Shown here: positions 8,786-17,715 of the stretch, piece after piece | Position numbering within the stretch: position 1 is the stretch's first letter | How the letters are laid out: each line of letters opens with the position of its first letter | NCBI GenBank assembly: GCA_030685065.1 | Contig: JAUXQH010000095.1 | Span: 142,855-206,854 of the forward strand | Reading direction: 5' to 3' | DNA from: Pseudomonadota bacterium | GTDB lineage: Bacteria > Myxococcota_A > UBA796 > SXON01 | DNA length: 64,000 bases | Notes under the pieces: generated by a model | The model's database searches: none | What the model was told of the DNA's origin: nothing | The model's input: only the letters and a program-made list of their open reading frames with translations | Program-made: the position numbers and the translations under genes

Positions 8786-9448
8786 TCAGTTCACCGTCTC
8801 GTCCCCCGCCTTCTTCCCGGCGACCTTCTCCTCCCGCGACGCCCGGAGCTCCGCCGACGCCTTGCGGAGGTCCTGGGAGATCTCGTCGAGCTTCGCGACG
8901 GTGTCCTCGCTCGCGAGCAGCTCCCGGAGGCGCTCGGGCAGGCCCTCCACCCCGTCGGTGCCCTCCGGGATCAGGCCCTCCTGGCGCAGCGCCTCCGCCA
9001 CGTCCTTCATGCGCTCCTTGGCCACCTCCGGCTCGTGGACCGTCTCTTGCGCCGCCTGGAGGATGCCCGTGAACGTCGCCTTCAGCGCGGCACCGAGGGC
9101 GGCCGGATCGTCCCGCAGCTGCTCGCGGCCGAGCTTCAGGTTGGCCGCCACGCGCTCCTCGCGCGCCTTGACCGCCTCCGGATGGAGCTTGGGCGGCTGG
9201 GTGAGGGCCTTGGCCACGCCCATCGCGGCGGTGCGCACCTTGTCGGCGAAGCCGAGCAGCACGTCCTGCGCGAGCTTCATGGCCTCGGCCTCGGGGACCT
9301 CGAACACGTCGAGCGCGACGGGATCGACCGTGAGCTTCTTGCCGGTCAGCGACCGCACCACGAAGTCGCCGCTCGGGAGGCTCGCATCGTCCGGGACGTA
9401 GAAGAAGCGCTTGCGGTCTTCCGTCGCGTACAGCGTATGCGTGGGCAT
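8786..9448 (-). CDS. hypothetical protein (conserved, Lys/Glu-rich C-terminus)
   Basis: Real start taken as MPTHTLYATEDRKRFFYVPDDASLPSGDFVV..., with GGAGGG 6 nt upstream. The longer track ORF N-terminus is Arg-rich. No family recognised. Confidence 0.6.
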   Translation of the reverse strand: MPTHTLYATEDRKRFFYVPDDASLPSGDFVVRSLTGKKLTVDPVALDVFEVPEAEAMKLAQDVLLGFADKVRTAAMGVAKALTQPPKLHPEAVKAREERVAANLKLGREQLRDDPAALGAALKATFTGILQAAQETVHEPEVAKERMKDVAEALRQEGLIPEGTDGVEGLPERLRELLASEDTVAKLDEISQDLRKASAELRASREEKVAGKKAGDETVN

Positions 9449-9485
9449 GCGAACCCTCCGCGCCGGATGATAACCTCGCGGCACG

Positions 9486-9860
9486 ATGGATCGACCGCCC
9501 TGCGCCGGCCTGTGGATGACCCCGATGGTCCATGTGGACGGTGACCTCACCACGTGCTGCCTGGACGAGCACCTCGTCAACCGCCTCGGCAACGTGCGGG
9601 ACACCCCGCTGGCCGAGCTCTGGAAGGGGCCCACGGTGCACGCCTGGCGCCTCGCCCACGCCGAGGGGCGCTTCGCGGAGAGCGGGCCCTACTGCATGCG
9701 CTGCAACTGGCGGAGCGCGGGCGAGATGCCCCGAGAAGACGTGCTTGCCTGGCTCGACCAGACAGGCGAGAAGAGTCCTGCGGCCCGTCGGCGCGCGCGA
9801 GCTACCCCCGGTCCCGCCGAGAAGGCTACGCCCACCGCCACTCCAACGAAGGTGAAATGA
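9486..9860 (+). CDS. orphan SPASM/twitch-like Cys-rich ORF (remnant or stand-alone C-terminal domain of a radical SAM enzyme)
   Basis: CAGLWMTPMVHVDGDLTTCCLDEHLVNRLGNVRDTPLAELWKG...GPYCMRCNW aligns at ~40% identity, with 6 of 7 Cys conserved, to the C-terminus of rSAM D (18532..19620: CSCFWKSPVIGWDGTVTTCTRDNRFTNALGNVADMPFSTLWWG...LPVCASCF). Its stop overlaps the ABC ATPase start (ATGA 9857-9860). Confidence 0.5.
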   Translation: MDRPPCAGLWMTPMVHVDGDLTTCCLDEHLVNRLGNVRDTPLAELWKGPTVHAWRLAHAEGRFAESGPYCMRCNWRSAGEMPREDVLAWLDQTGEKSPAARRRARATPGPAEKATPTATPTKVK

Positions 9861-10819
9861 CCCCCGCCATCCGCACGGAGAAGCTCGCCAAAGTCTACCG
9901 CTCGGGCTTCTGGCGCATCCCCTACACCGGCCTGGTCGATCTCGATCTCGAGGTGCCCGAGGGCACGAGCTTCGGCTTCATCGGGCCCAACGGCGCCGGT
10001 AAGACGACGGCCATCAAGACCCTGATGTCGCTCCAAAAGGCCACCGGCGGCCGCGCGTGGATCCACGGCATCGAGGTTCCGAACCCCGAATCCCGCCGTC
10101 GCGTGGGGTTCCTGCCGGAGCGGCCCTACTTCTACGAGCACCTCACCGCGCGGGAATTCCTCGACTTCTACGGCCGCCTCTGCGAGGTGCCGTCGGCGGA
10201 GCGCGCTCGTCGCATCGACAAGCTGCTCGAGCGGGTCGACCTCGGCCGGTTCCGCGACGTTCCGCTCGGAAAGTTCTCGAAGGGCATGCTCCAGCGGGCC
10301 GGGCTCGCCCAGGCGCTGATCGCCGAGCCGGACCTGCTCGTGCTGGACGAGCCGATGAGCGGCCTCGACCCGCTCGGGCGCGTGCTCGTGCGGGACCTGA
10401 TCCTGGAGGAGCGCCGCGCCGGCCGCACCGTCTTCTTCTCCAGCCACGTGCTCACCGACGTGGAGGCCCTCTGTGATCGCGTCGCCATCGTGGTCGGCGG
10501 CAAGCTGCGGGGCCAGGGCACCGTGCAGGAGCTGCTCGGAGAGACCGTCGCCCACGTGGACTGCACGTTCGCCGACGTAGCCGAGCGCCCCGGTGGACTC
10601 GAGGATGGAACCCTCGGGGGCCTCGTCGGTGCCCCGGGCGGGCGCGTCACCCACCGCCTCGACGCGGACCAGGTCGATCGCTGGATCGACGCGGCACGCA
10701 AGGCCGGCGGCACCGTCATCAGCGTCATCCCGGCGCAGCGCACCCTCGAGCACGTGCTGCTCGACGAGGTCGAGCGCGCACGCCCCGTGAACACGAAGCA
10801 CCTGGGGGTGCTCGCATGA
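9857..10819 (+). CDS. ABC transporter ATP-binding protein
   Basis: GFIGPNGAGKTT (Walker A), LSKGMLQRAGLAQAL (signature), LLVLDEPMSGLD (Walker B). AAGGTG SD. The upstream part of track ORF 9554..10819 is Arg-rich junk. Confidence 0.9.
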   Translation: MTPAIRTEKLAKVYRSGFWRIPYTGLVDLDLEVPEGTSFGFIGPNGAGKTTAIKTLMSLQKATGGRAWIHGIEVPNPESRRRVGFLPERPYFYEHLTAREFLDFYGRLCEVPSAERARRIDKLLERVDLGRFRDVPLGKFSKGMLQRAGLAQALIAEPDLLVLDEPMSGLDPLGRVLVRDLILEERRAGRTVFFSSHVLTDVEALCDRVAIVVGGKLRGQGTVQELLGETVAHVDCTFADVAERPGGLEDGTLGGLVGAPGGRVTHRLDADQVDRWIDAARKAGGTVISVIPAQRTLEHVLLDEVERARPVNTKHLGVLA

Positions 10820-11583
10820 ACCAGATCCTCGCCGTCGCGACCAACACCTTCCGCGAAGCGGTTCGCGACAAGGTGCTCCACAGCATCCTGTTCTTCGCGG
10901 TGCTGCTCCTCTGCGTGTCGCTCGTGATGCAGGAGATCACCATCGGAGACCAGGCCAAGGTCGTGCGCGGCGTCGCGCTCGGCGGCATCTCGCTCCTCGG
11001 CGGGCTCATCGCGATCTTCCTCGGGGTCGGCCTCGTGTGGAAGGAGATCGACAAGAAGACGATCTACACCCTCGCGAGCAAGCCCCTCGCGCGCTGGCGG
11101 CTCCTGCTCGGAAAGTACCTCGGCCTCTGGTTCACCCTCGCGGCCGAGGTCGGAATCCTCGCGCTGCTGTACACGGTGATCGTCGGGTCGCAGCAAGGGT
11201 TGCCGTCGGCCGACATCTACCTGTCGATCGCGATGCTGATGATGGAGCTGACGCTGCTCTGCGCGTGGGCCACGCTGTTCTCCACGTTCGCGGCGCCCAC
11301 CACCGCCTCGGCCTACTCGCTGTGCATCTACCTGATCGGCCACTTCACGGACGACCTCGCGCTGTTCGGCCAACGCTCGGACGACCCGACGTTCAAGGCC
11401 CTGTGCGAGGTCCTGTACCGGGTGCTCCCCAACCTCGAGCTCTTCAACATCCGCGCCGAGGCCGTGCACGGCATCGCGGTTCCCGGGGCGGAGATCGCGT
11501 GGGCCCTGGCGTACGGCGGCGGCTATACCGCGGTCGTGCTCGTGCTCGCGATGGTCGTGTTCGAGCGTCGCGACTTCGCGTGA
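10816..11583 (+). CDS. ABC-2 family transporter permease
   Basis: 255 aa with six predicted TM segments. ATGA overlap with the ATPase stop at 10816-10819. Confidence 0.8.
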   Translation: MNQILAVATNTFREAVRDKVLHSILFFAVLLLCVSLVMQEITIGDQAKVVRGVALGGISLLGGLIAIFLGVGLVWKEIDKKTIYTLASKPLARWRLLLGKYLGLWFTLAAEVGILALLYTVIVGSQQGLPSADIYLSIAMLMMELTLLCAWATLFSTFAAPTTASAYSLCIYLIGHFTDDLALFGQRSDDPTFKALCEVLYRVLPNLELFNIRAEAVHGIAVPGAEIAWALAYGGGYTAVVLVLAMVVFERRDFA

Positions 11584-11639
11584 GCACGCCGACTTCGCGT
11601 GAACACTCCGGCAGCAGCGCGGGGACTCGCCCGATCCGG

Positions 11640-12704
11640 ATGGCCGACCTCGCCGCCCGCCACGCGCGGGTCGCGGACGACGTCGAGCGGCGCGTCCTCG
11701 CGGTGCTCCGCTCGGGCCGGTACATCGGCGGCCCGGTCGTCACCGAGGCCGAACGTCGCCTCGCGACCCTCTTCGGCTACGCGCACGGCGTGGGCGTCAA
11801 CAGCGGCACCGACGCCCTGATCTACGCGCTGATGGCCATGGGGATCCAGCCGGGCGACGAGGTGATCGTCCCCGCGGTCACCTTCTTCGCCACGGCCGAG
11901 GCCGTCGGCCGCATCGGCGCCATCCCCGTGGTGGCCGACGTGCGGGACGACCTCCCCCTGCTCGACCCCGGCACGCTCCCCCTGACCGCCCGCACGCGCG
12001 CCGTCATCGCCGTCCACCTGTTCGGCGAGCCCTGCCCGCTCCCCGCGCTGCCGGTGCCGGTCCTCGACGATGTGGCCCAGGCGGCCGGCGCGTCGCCACC
12101 GGCGCGCACCGGATCCGTCGGAGCGGCCAGCTTCTACCCCACCAAGACCCTCGGGGCCGCGGGGGACGGCGGCATCGTGCTCGCCGACGATCCCGCCATC
12201 GCCGACGCCGCGCGCAAGCTCGCCTCCCACGGCATGCCCGCCCCCTACGTGCACGACCGCGTGAACGGCCACTTCGGCGCCAACAGCCGCCTCGACGCGA
12301 TGCAGGCCGCGGTCCTGCTCGGGCACCTCGCCGATCTCGACGCGCGCCTGGCCCGCCGCCGCGCCATCGCCGCGGCCTACGACGCCGGCCTCCCGGAGGA
12401 CGTGCGCCCCCTTCCCCGCGGCCCCGGACACCCCGTACACCACTACGTCGTGCGCACCCCCGGTCGCGACGCACTGGCCGCGGCCCTCGCCGCCGCCGAG
12501 ATCGAGACCGCCGTGTACTACCGCCGCCCGCTCTCGTCCGAGCCCGCGCTGGCTGGCGGACACCCCGCGGGCGCCGTCCCCAACGCGGTGCGCTATTGCG
12601 CGGAGGCCCTCGCCTTGCCGGTGCACGAATGCCTGACGGATGGGGACGTCGACCGCGTCCTCGACACGATACGCCGTGCCCATTCCCGCACTCGAGCTGA
12701 ATGA
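11640..12704 (+). CDS. DegT/DnrJ/EryC1/StrS family PLP-dependent aminotransferase
   Basis: ...GVNSGTDALIYALMAMGI.PGDEVIVPAVTFFATAEAV...SFYPTKTLGAAGDGG..., with the catalytic Lys in the FYPTK context. Real start at ATG 11640; the track ORF upstream of it is junk. Confidence 0.85.
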   Translation: MADLAARHARVADDVERRVLAVLRSGRYIGGPVVTEAERRLATLFGYAHGVGVNSGTDALIYALMAMGIQPGDEVIVPAVTFFATAEAVGRIGAIPVVADVRDDLPLLDPGTLPLTARTRAVIAVHLFGEPCPLPALPVPVLDDVAQAAGASPPARTGSVGAASFYPTKTLGAAGDGGIVLADDPAIADAARKLASHGMPAPYVHDRVNGHFGANSRLDAMQAAVLLGHLADLDARLARRRAIAAAYDAGLPEDVRPLPRGPGHPVHHYVVRTPGRDALAAALAAAEIETAVYYRRPLSSEPALAGGHPAGAVPNAVRYCAEALALPVHECLTDGDVDRVLDTIRRAHSRTRAE

Positions 12705-13555
12705 CTGCTGACCTCGCCTACTGGATCTTCGCCGCCTTCGCGGGCGTGTTCGGGCTGCTCTTCGGCTCGTTCCTCAACGTCTGCGTCGCGCGCATGCCAG
12801 AGGACCGCTCGGTGGTGTGGCCCGGCTCGGCCTGCCCCACGTGTGGCACCGCGATCAAGCCCTACGACAACGTGCCCGTGCTCGCGTGGATGTGGCTCGG
12901 CGGCAAGTGCCGGGCCTGCAAGCAGCCGATCTCGGCGCTCTATCCCACGGTCGAGGCGCTCTTCGGCGTGCTCACCTTCCTGCTCTTCCGCCGTGTCATC
13001 CCCGACCTCGCCTACATCGACACCGCCTACCTCGCGGCCTTCGTCTGGTACGGTTGGTTGTTGTTCGCGCTGGTGGCGCTCACCTTCATCGATCTGCGCC
13101 ACTACATCATCCCCGACGAGTTCAGCATCTACTCGGTGCCCGTCGGCGTCGCGGGTGCAGCCTTGCTCGGTTGGCTCGGGTACACCGGCGCCCCCACGTG
13201 GCAGGGTTCCGTGGTGGGGGCATTGGTGGGGGGCGGATTTCTCGCCGCGGTGATCGGCCTGTATTGGCTGGTGCGGCGGCAGGAAGGCATGGGCATGGGG
13301 GACGTGAAGCTCCTCGCCATGCTCGGCGCCTGGTTTGGTCCCGTCGCGATCTTCCCGATCCTGATGATGGCCTCGATCGCGGGCAGCATCGTCGGGGTCA
13401 CCCTGGCGATCAGCCGCCGATCGGGCCTCCAGCTCGCCCTCCCCTTCGGCCCGTTCCTGGCGCTCGCGGCGGCGATCTGGCTCTACGCCGGGCGGGTGCT
13501 GGAGCCGGCCGTGACCCTGCGGGTCGGCGCGTTGCTGGAGCTCTTCGGGAGCTGA
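12701..13555 (+). CDS. prepilin peptidase (A24 family, PilD/GspO type with N-terminal Cys4 zinc-binding motif)
   Basis: CPTCG...CRAC tetracysteine, polytopic membrane protein, catalytic region IIPDEFSIY...GMGMGDVKLLA. ATGA overlap with the aminotransferase stop at 12701-12704. Confidence 0.85.
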   Translation: MTADLAYWIFAAFAGVFGLLFGSFLNVCVARMPEDRSVVWPGSACPTCGTAIKPYDNVPVLAWMWLGGKCRACKQPISALYPTVEALFGVLTFLLFRRVIPDLAYIDTAYLAAFVWYGWLLFALVALTFIDLRHYIIPDEFSIYSVPVGVAGAALLGWLGYTGAPTWQGSVVGALVGGGFLAAVIGLYWLVRRQEGMGMGDVKLLAMLGAWFGPVAIFPILMMASIAGSIVGVTLAISRRSGLQLALPFGPFLALAAAIWLYAGRVLEPAVTLRVGALLELFGS

Positions 13556-13605
13556 GGGGATCGAGCACCTTCCATCGCGACGCGCTCTGCGAGTAGACTC
13601 GCGAC

Positions 13606-14058
13606 GTGGAACTGCCCAGCGACAGCCAGCTCTTGCTCTACGTGGTCGCGCTCCTGGCGCTGTGGCTCCTCACGCGCGTCCAACGGAGAGAGGTGGTCCG
13701 GCAGCGGCGGCGCGCGCCGATGTCGCACGACGAGCTCGGACGGGTCCTCTTCGAGATCGCGCGCAACCAGGACCTCCAGGGTTGGCGCGGCGTATTCCTG
13801 GCCGGGGCCGAGGTGCAACAGGTTCTTGGTGACGACGCGCGGGGCTATCTGGACGCGCGAAACACGCCCCGTCTCGCCGCGTCCTTGCGCGCGATCGGGC
13901 TCGCGATCCCGCAGGACGCGACCTACCACGCGCTCCATCTGGACGACGCGGAGGACGCCACGATGGAGGTGCGCCTGCCCGACGGAGGCGTGCGCCCCAT
14001 CCCGGTGGGGAAGGTCGCGCGCGTAGGCGGTGTGTGGCGCATGCACACGCCGGCCTGA
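13606..14058 (+). CDS. hypothetical protein (N-terminal TM anchor)
   Basis: GTG start per the track. Protein-like composition; no family recognised. Confidence 0.45.
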   Translation: MELPSDSQLLLYVVALLALWLLTRVQRREVVRQRRRAPMSHDELGRVLFEIARNQDLQGWRGVFLAGAEVQQVLGDDARGYLDARNTPRLAASLRAIGLAIPQDATYHALHLDDAEDATMEVRLPDGGVRPIPVGKVARVGGVWRMHTPA

Positions 14059-14064
14059 GGTCGG

Positions 14065-14433
14065 ATGGGATACCCCCTTTCGGCCCGAGGCCCCCAAATG
14101 TCCGAACGCCCCGATCGCATCTCCGCCGCGCGCGACTATGTCGCCAAGAAGCCAACCGACCGCTTCGGGCTCTACGCGCTCGCGATGGAGCTTCGCAAGC
14201 TGCGCTCGTGGGAGGAGTGCTTCGTCACCTTCGGGGCCCTCCTCGAACACCACCCCGACTACGGCGCGGGTTGGTACCACTACGCGATGGCAAAGAAGGA
14301 GTCGGGCGACCGCGCGGGGTGCGTCGTGGCCCTGAACAAGGGGCTCGGCGCGTGCGCCCGGAGCGGGGACACCAAGACGCGGGCCGAGCTCCAGGGCGTG
14401 CTCGACGAGCTGGAGATGCTCGACGAGGAGTGA
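14065..14433 (+). CDS. hypothetical small protein (TPR-like helical); alternative start ATG 14098 (MSERPD...)
   Basis: ...FGLYALAMELRKLRSWEECFVTFGALLEHHPDYGAGWYHYAMAKKESGD..., a helical-repeat-like pattern. Confidence 0.5.
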   Translation: MGYPLSARGPQMSERPDRISAARDYVAKKPTDRFGLYALAMELRKLRSWEECFVTFGALLEHHPDYGAGWYHYAMAKKESGDRAGCVVALNKGLGACARSGDTKTRAELQGVLDELEMLDEE

Positions 14434-14480
14434 CCGCGGCGCTCACGGACGCCGGCCCCTGATTCCGCCGACGGCTGGCG

Positions 14481-15206
14481 CTACGGATGCTCCCACGCGG
14501 GGCCTGTGTCGCCGCCCTCGTCGAGCACCCCGTCGGCGATGGCGAACACGGCGAGCTGGGTGTAGAGCGTCGTGAGGATGTCGAGGTTGTCGCAGTGCTG
14601 GGCGCGGAACGTGCCCGCGTATTCGGCGGGCGCGAAGTCGAACGTTCCGGTGAGCACGGTGTCCTTGCGCGCGACGTCGACCCACGCCGGCGCGCCGATG
14701 CCGATCTCGTGCTCCTCCTCGAGCACCTCGATGCCGCCGTCGAGCGCGTAGTCGAGACCCGCCCCCTCGGCGACAGCGGCCTCGACCACCTCGTACCAGG
14801 CCCCCGTCGCAACGCGCCCGTCCGTCTGGACGTACTGCGCCATCGCGGCGGTCTCCCACGCGTCCGCGTGCATAGAGTAGCGGCCGAGCCAGTCCTCCTC
14901 GGGCCCGAGCGCGAGCGAGAAGGCGATGGTGATGCCGCCCTCGCGCGAGAGCATGGTCGCCTGCTGGGCGCTCCAGTAGAGCAGATCGGTGTCGGCGGCC
15001 GGCGTCAGGGGGTCGCCGTCGTCGTCCGCGGGCCAGCACGGGAGCGTGGAGTTGGCGAGCAGGACGAAGGCCTGCCGGGCCCCGTAGAGCTCGAGCCACA
15101 GCGCGCTGTCCGGGAGGAAGTACAGCGCCGTGCGGATGGGCTCCGAGCCGTCCGCGGTGGTGAACGTCCCCATGCTGCTGCAGCCGAGCAGCGCCAGCAT
15201 CAACAT
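14481..15206 (-). CDS. lipoprotein, hypothetical (Trp/acidic-rich), last gene of the rSAM B-A operon
   Basis: Starts MLMLALLGCSSMG (signal peptide plus LLGC lipobox). Its ATG overlaps the rSAM A stop by 1 nt (TGATG at 15204-15208). The N-terminal 200 codons of track ORF 14481..15809 are Arg-rich junk. Confidence 0.7.
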   Translation of the reverse strand: MLMLALLGCSSMGTFTTADGSEPIRTALYFLPDSALWLELYGARQAFVLLANSTLPCWPADDDGDPLTPAADTDLLYWSAQQATMLSREGGITIAFSLALGPEEDWLGRYSMHADAWETAAMAQYVQTDGRVATGAWYEVVEAAVAEGAGLDYALDGGIEVLEEEHEIGIGAPAWVDVARKDTVLTGTFDFAPAEYAGTFRAQHCDNLDILTTLYTQLAVFAIADGVLDEGGDTGPAWEHP

Positions 15207-15970
15207 CAGAAGCTCCCGGGCGGGCGGATGGACGGCGAGAGGATCCCCACCTCGTGGCAGGCGCTCGCGTGCAGCGCGTCCGAACGGGCCTGGTCGCCGC
15301 TGTTGAGGCGGCGGAGGTAGATGGCGTCCGCATCGAACGGGGGCCAATCCGCGGTGAGGTTCCAGCGGCGCCCTCCCTTGGGGGCAACCGCATCGAGCAC
15401 CGCGCCCCAATGCCGGACGAAGTCCGATACCTCGTGGCGGTTCTCGTCCTGCACCACGATGGCGAGGTGGGCCACGGGGCGCTCCGCGCCGAGCGCGCTC
15501 CGGATCGCCAGGAACCGCTCGATGTTGCGGTACACGAGCGCGTGCTTGTCGGAGCCCTTCACCTCCGCGTAGGCCTCGGGGCTGAACGCGTCGATGGAGA
15601 AGTGGATGGCGGTGAAGGTGTCCGGCGCGAGGCCGGGGGTCCGCGCGAGGCGGACGAGCCGCGCGGCCCGCTCGGGGGAGAGGATCACCGCGTTGGTGTG
15701 GACCTTGAAGGTCCGGAACAGCGCGTTTCCGGCGTTCGCGGCAAAGGCGTACTCGACGAACGCATCGAAGCGCGGGTGGAGCGTCGGCTCCCCGAGCCAG
15801 TGGGGGCACAGCGCCACGTCACCCATCCCGCGGAGCCCCTGGAGGGAGCGCCGCCAGGTGTCGAACGACATGAAGCGCTTGGGGCCCCCGTGCGCGTCGT
15901 CCCGCATCGACTGGCTGCACATCTTGCAGCGGATGTTGCAGTGGTCGGTCAGCTCGAGGTTCACGTTCAT
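15206..15970 (-). CDS. radical SAM protein A (no SPASM domain; paralog of D)
   Basis: MNVNLELTDHCNIRCKMCSQ has the CxxxCxxC motif. HWLGEPTLHP / HTNA / FSIDA blocks match D (FWLGEPLVHP / HTNATHL / LSLDAA). The start ATG overlaps the rSAM B stop (ATGA at 15967-15970). Confidence 0.85.
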   Translation of the reverse strand: MNVNLELTDHCNIRCKMCSQSMRDDAHGGPKRFMSFDTWRRSLQGLRGMGDVALCPHWLGEPTLHPRFDAFVEYAFAANAGNALFRTFKVHTNAVILSPERAARLVRLARTPGLAPDTFTAIHFSIDAFSPEAYAEVKGSDKHALVYRNIERFLAIRSALGAERPVAHLAIVVQDENRHEVSDFVRHWGAVLDAVAPKGGRRWNLTADWPPFDADAIYLRRLNSGDQARSDALHASACHEVGILSPSIRPPGSF

Positions 15971-17082
15971 GCGCTTGGACTCGGGGCCACGCGGGGCAGC
16001 CGCGCCCGGATCGCGCGCTCGTGCGTGAGGATGTTCTCGGAGCACTCGACGCAGCGCCCGGTGGGGCGGCCCGCGCGCATGCCGGCGCGGATGTCGAGCA
16101 AGGTGGGATCGGCCTCCCAGACGGTGGCGACGGGCGCGTCGGCCACGGAGCCCCCGGTGCCCGCGAGCACGCAGCAGGGCGAGGTGCGGCCGTCGGACTG
16201 GACCACGAGGTAGTGCCACGCCTTGAGGCAGGGGGCGGCGGCGAGGCCCTCGGCGACCGGGGACGGCCCGGCCGGAACGGCGGCTCCCGTAACGACGGCA
16301 GGCGCGCGGGCGCCGCGGCGCAGGGTGTCGGCGCGGCGGAAGGCGGCGAGCGTGGTGACGACCCCGAGCCGGTCGGCCTCGGCGATGGCCTCCTCGACGC
16401 GTGCAGCCAGGCGCGCCTCCTCCGCGGGACCGAGCGCGAGGGCCCGTTGCTCGGGGCGGTAGGCCACGAGGGCGTCGACGTCGACGCGGTAGCAGCCGAG
16501 CGCGGCCGCTAGCCGCACGACGCCGGCCAGCTCGTCGACGTTGCGGTTCGTGAGGACCATGTGGAGGCCGAGGCGGGGAAGCCCGCCCGTGCCCTGATCG
16601 CGGAGCCGGCGCAGGCGACAGAGGGCCGACACGCTCTTCCTGAACGCGCCGGGGCGCCCGCGCAGCGCGTCGTGCGTGGCGGCCTCGGCGCCGTCGATGG
16701 ACACGTGCACCTCGTCCCAGCCGAGCGCCACGAGGCGATCGGTCACCGCGTCGAGCCGCGTGCCGTTCGTGGTGAGGAACCCCTCCATCCCATGCGCTTT
16801 CACGCGCTCGAGGAGGAGCGGCGTGGCGGCCGAGAGCAGCGGCTCACCGCCCCCGAGGATCGCGACGCGGCGCACGCCCATCGCGGCCGCCTCGTCTACG
16901 ATCGCGAGCTGGCGGGCCACGGAGAGCTCGTTCACCGCGGGGCGGTGGCGGTCGGTGGTGTCGCAGAACGCGCAGTCGAGGTTGCACCGGAGGGTGGGGT
17001 ACAGCTCGAGCGTCCACGGGCCGGGGGTTCCGCCCTGGTCACGCGCCTGGATTCGCGCCGCGATCGCGTCGAGCTCGTCCAT
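15967..17082 (-). CDS. radical SAM/SPASM domain protein B (paralog of E)
   Basis: Start placed at MDELDAIAARIQ..., with a GGTGGGG SD-like run upstream. A longer start at ~17154 would collide with the divergent lipoprotein ATG at 17153. YPTLRCNLDCAFCD is CxxxCxxC; GGGEPLL, TTNGTRL and VSIDGAEAATHDALRG match the same blocks in E. The C-terminal Cys-rich SPASM reads CLKAWHYLVVQSDGRTSPCCVL...CVECSENI. Confidence 0.8.
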   Translation of the reverse strand: MDELDAIAARIQARDQGGTPGPWTLELYPTLRCNLDCAFCDTTDRHRPAVNELSVARQLAIVDEAAAMGVRRVAILGGGEPLLSAATPLLLERVKAHGMEGFLTTNGTRLDAVTDRLVALGWDEVHVSIDGAEAATHDALRGRPGAFRKSVSALCRLRRLRDQGTGGLPRLGLHMVLTNRNVDELAGVVRLAAALGCYRVDVDALVAYRPEQRALALGPAEEARLAARVEEAIAEADRLGVVTTLAAFRRADTLRRGARAPAVVTGAAVPAGPSPVAEGLAAAPCLKAWHYLVVQSDGRTSPCCVLAGTGGSVADAPVATVWEADPTLLDIRAGMRAGRPTGRCVECSENILTHERAIRARLPRVAPSPSA

Positions 17083-17152
17083 CGCCCCACCGTACCACCG
17101 CCCGGACCACCCGGGCGTACCGCCGGCCCCGGTTTGGCGGTAGCATTCGGCC
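17083..17152. promoter_or_regulatory. 70-bp divergent intergenic region shared by the rSAM B-A-lipoprotein operon (-) and the lipoprotein/repeat-protein/rSAM D-E operon (+)
   Basis: Inferred from gene geometry only; I could not recognise a -35/-10 motif at this GC content. Confidence 0.3.
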
Positions 17153-17611
17153 ATGCGCTCCTTCCTGCCCGCCGTTTCCCTGCTGGCCCTCTGCTCCACC
17201 ACGCTCCTCGCCTGCACCGGCGTCCCCTCGACCGACGCGGACGACACCGCGGTCACCACCGGCTTCTGCGCGACGCTCGCGGACGGGGGCCTCACCGAGA
17301 CCGAAGCGGAGGGGGGAAACGGCACGAGCGGCATCCTCAGCCTCAGGGTGCTCACGGACGAGTCGGAGGATCCGCGCGACCCGCTCTATGTGGCGTTCAA
17401 GGCGTACACGCTCGAGAACCTCGAATCCGGGGGCGTGAAGACCCTCGGCAAGACCACGGGCGATGGCCTCGTCGAGGAGCTGCTCGGCGCCGGCAGCTGG
17501 ACCTTCAGCGCCGCCTACACGCGCGGCAGCCTCACCTGCCTCGCGCAGATGGAGGCCCTGGTGGAGCCGAACACCACCACCTACGGCTGCCCCGTCATGG
17601 ACTGCCCGTAG
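17153..17611 (+). CDS. lipoprotein, hypothetical
   Basis: MRSFLPAVSLLALCSTTLLAC is a signal peptide plus lipobox. Acidic/Thr/Gly-rich mature part ending in ...TTYGCPVMDCP. Confidence 0.65.
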   Translation: MRSFLPAVSLLALCSTTLLACTGVPSTDADDTAVTTGFCATLADGGLTETEAEGGNGTSGILSLRVLTDESEDPRDPLYVAFKAYTLENLESGGVKTLGKTTGDGLVEELLGAGSWTFSAAYTRGSLTCLAQMEALVEPNTTTYGCPVMDCP

Positions 17612-17715
17612 CCGAACGCCCGCGCGCCGGGCCGAACGCCGCGTGATGGAGCTTCGCTGATCCGTTCGAATGCTCCGACGGGGCTGCGCGTCGTACTGCC
17701 AGACAACGAGCAGTC

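Noticed and set aside
8178-9659. ORFs 8178..9401 (+) and 8196..9659 (-), 407 and 487 aa
   Set aside because: Extreme Arg/Gly/Pro content. They overlap the plausible gene 8786..9448 and the QueA-like gene in other frames.
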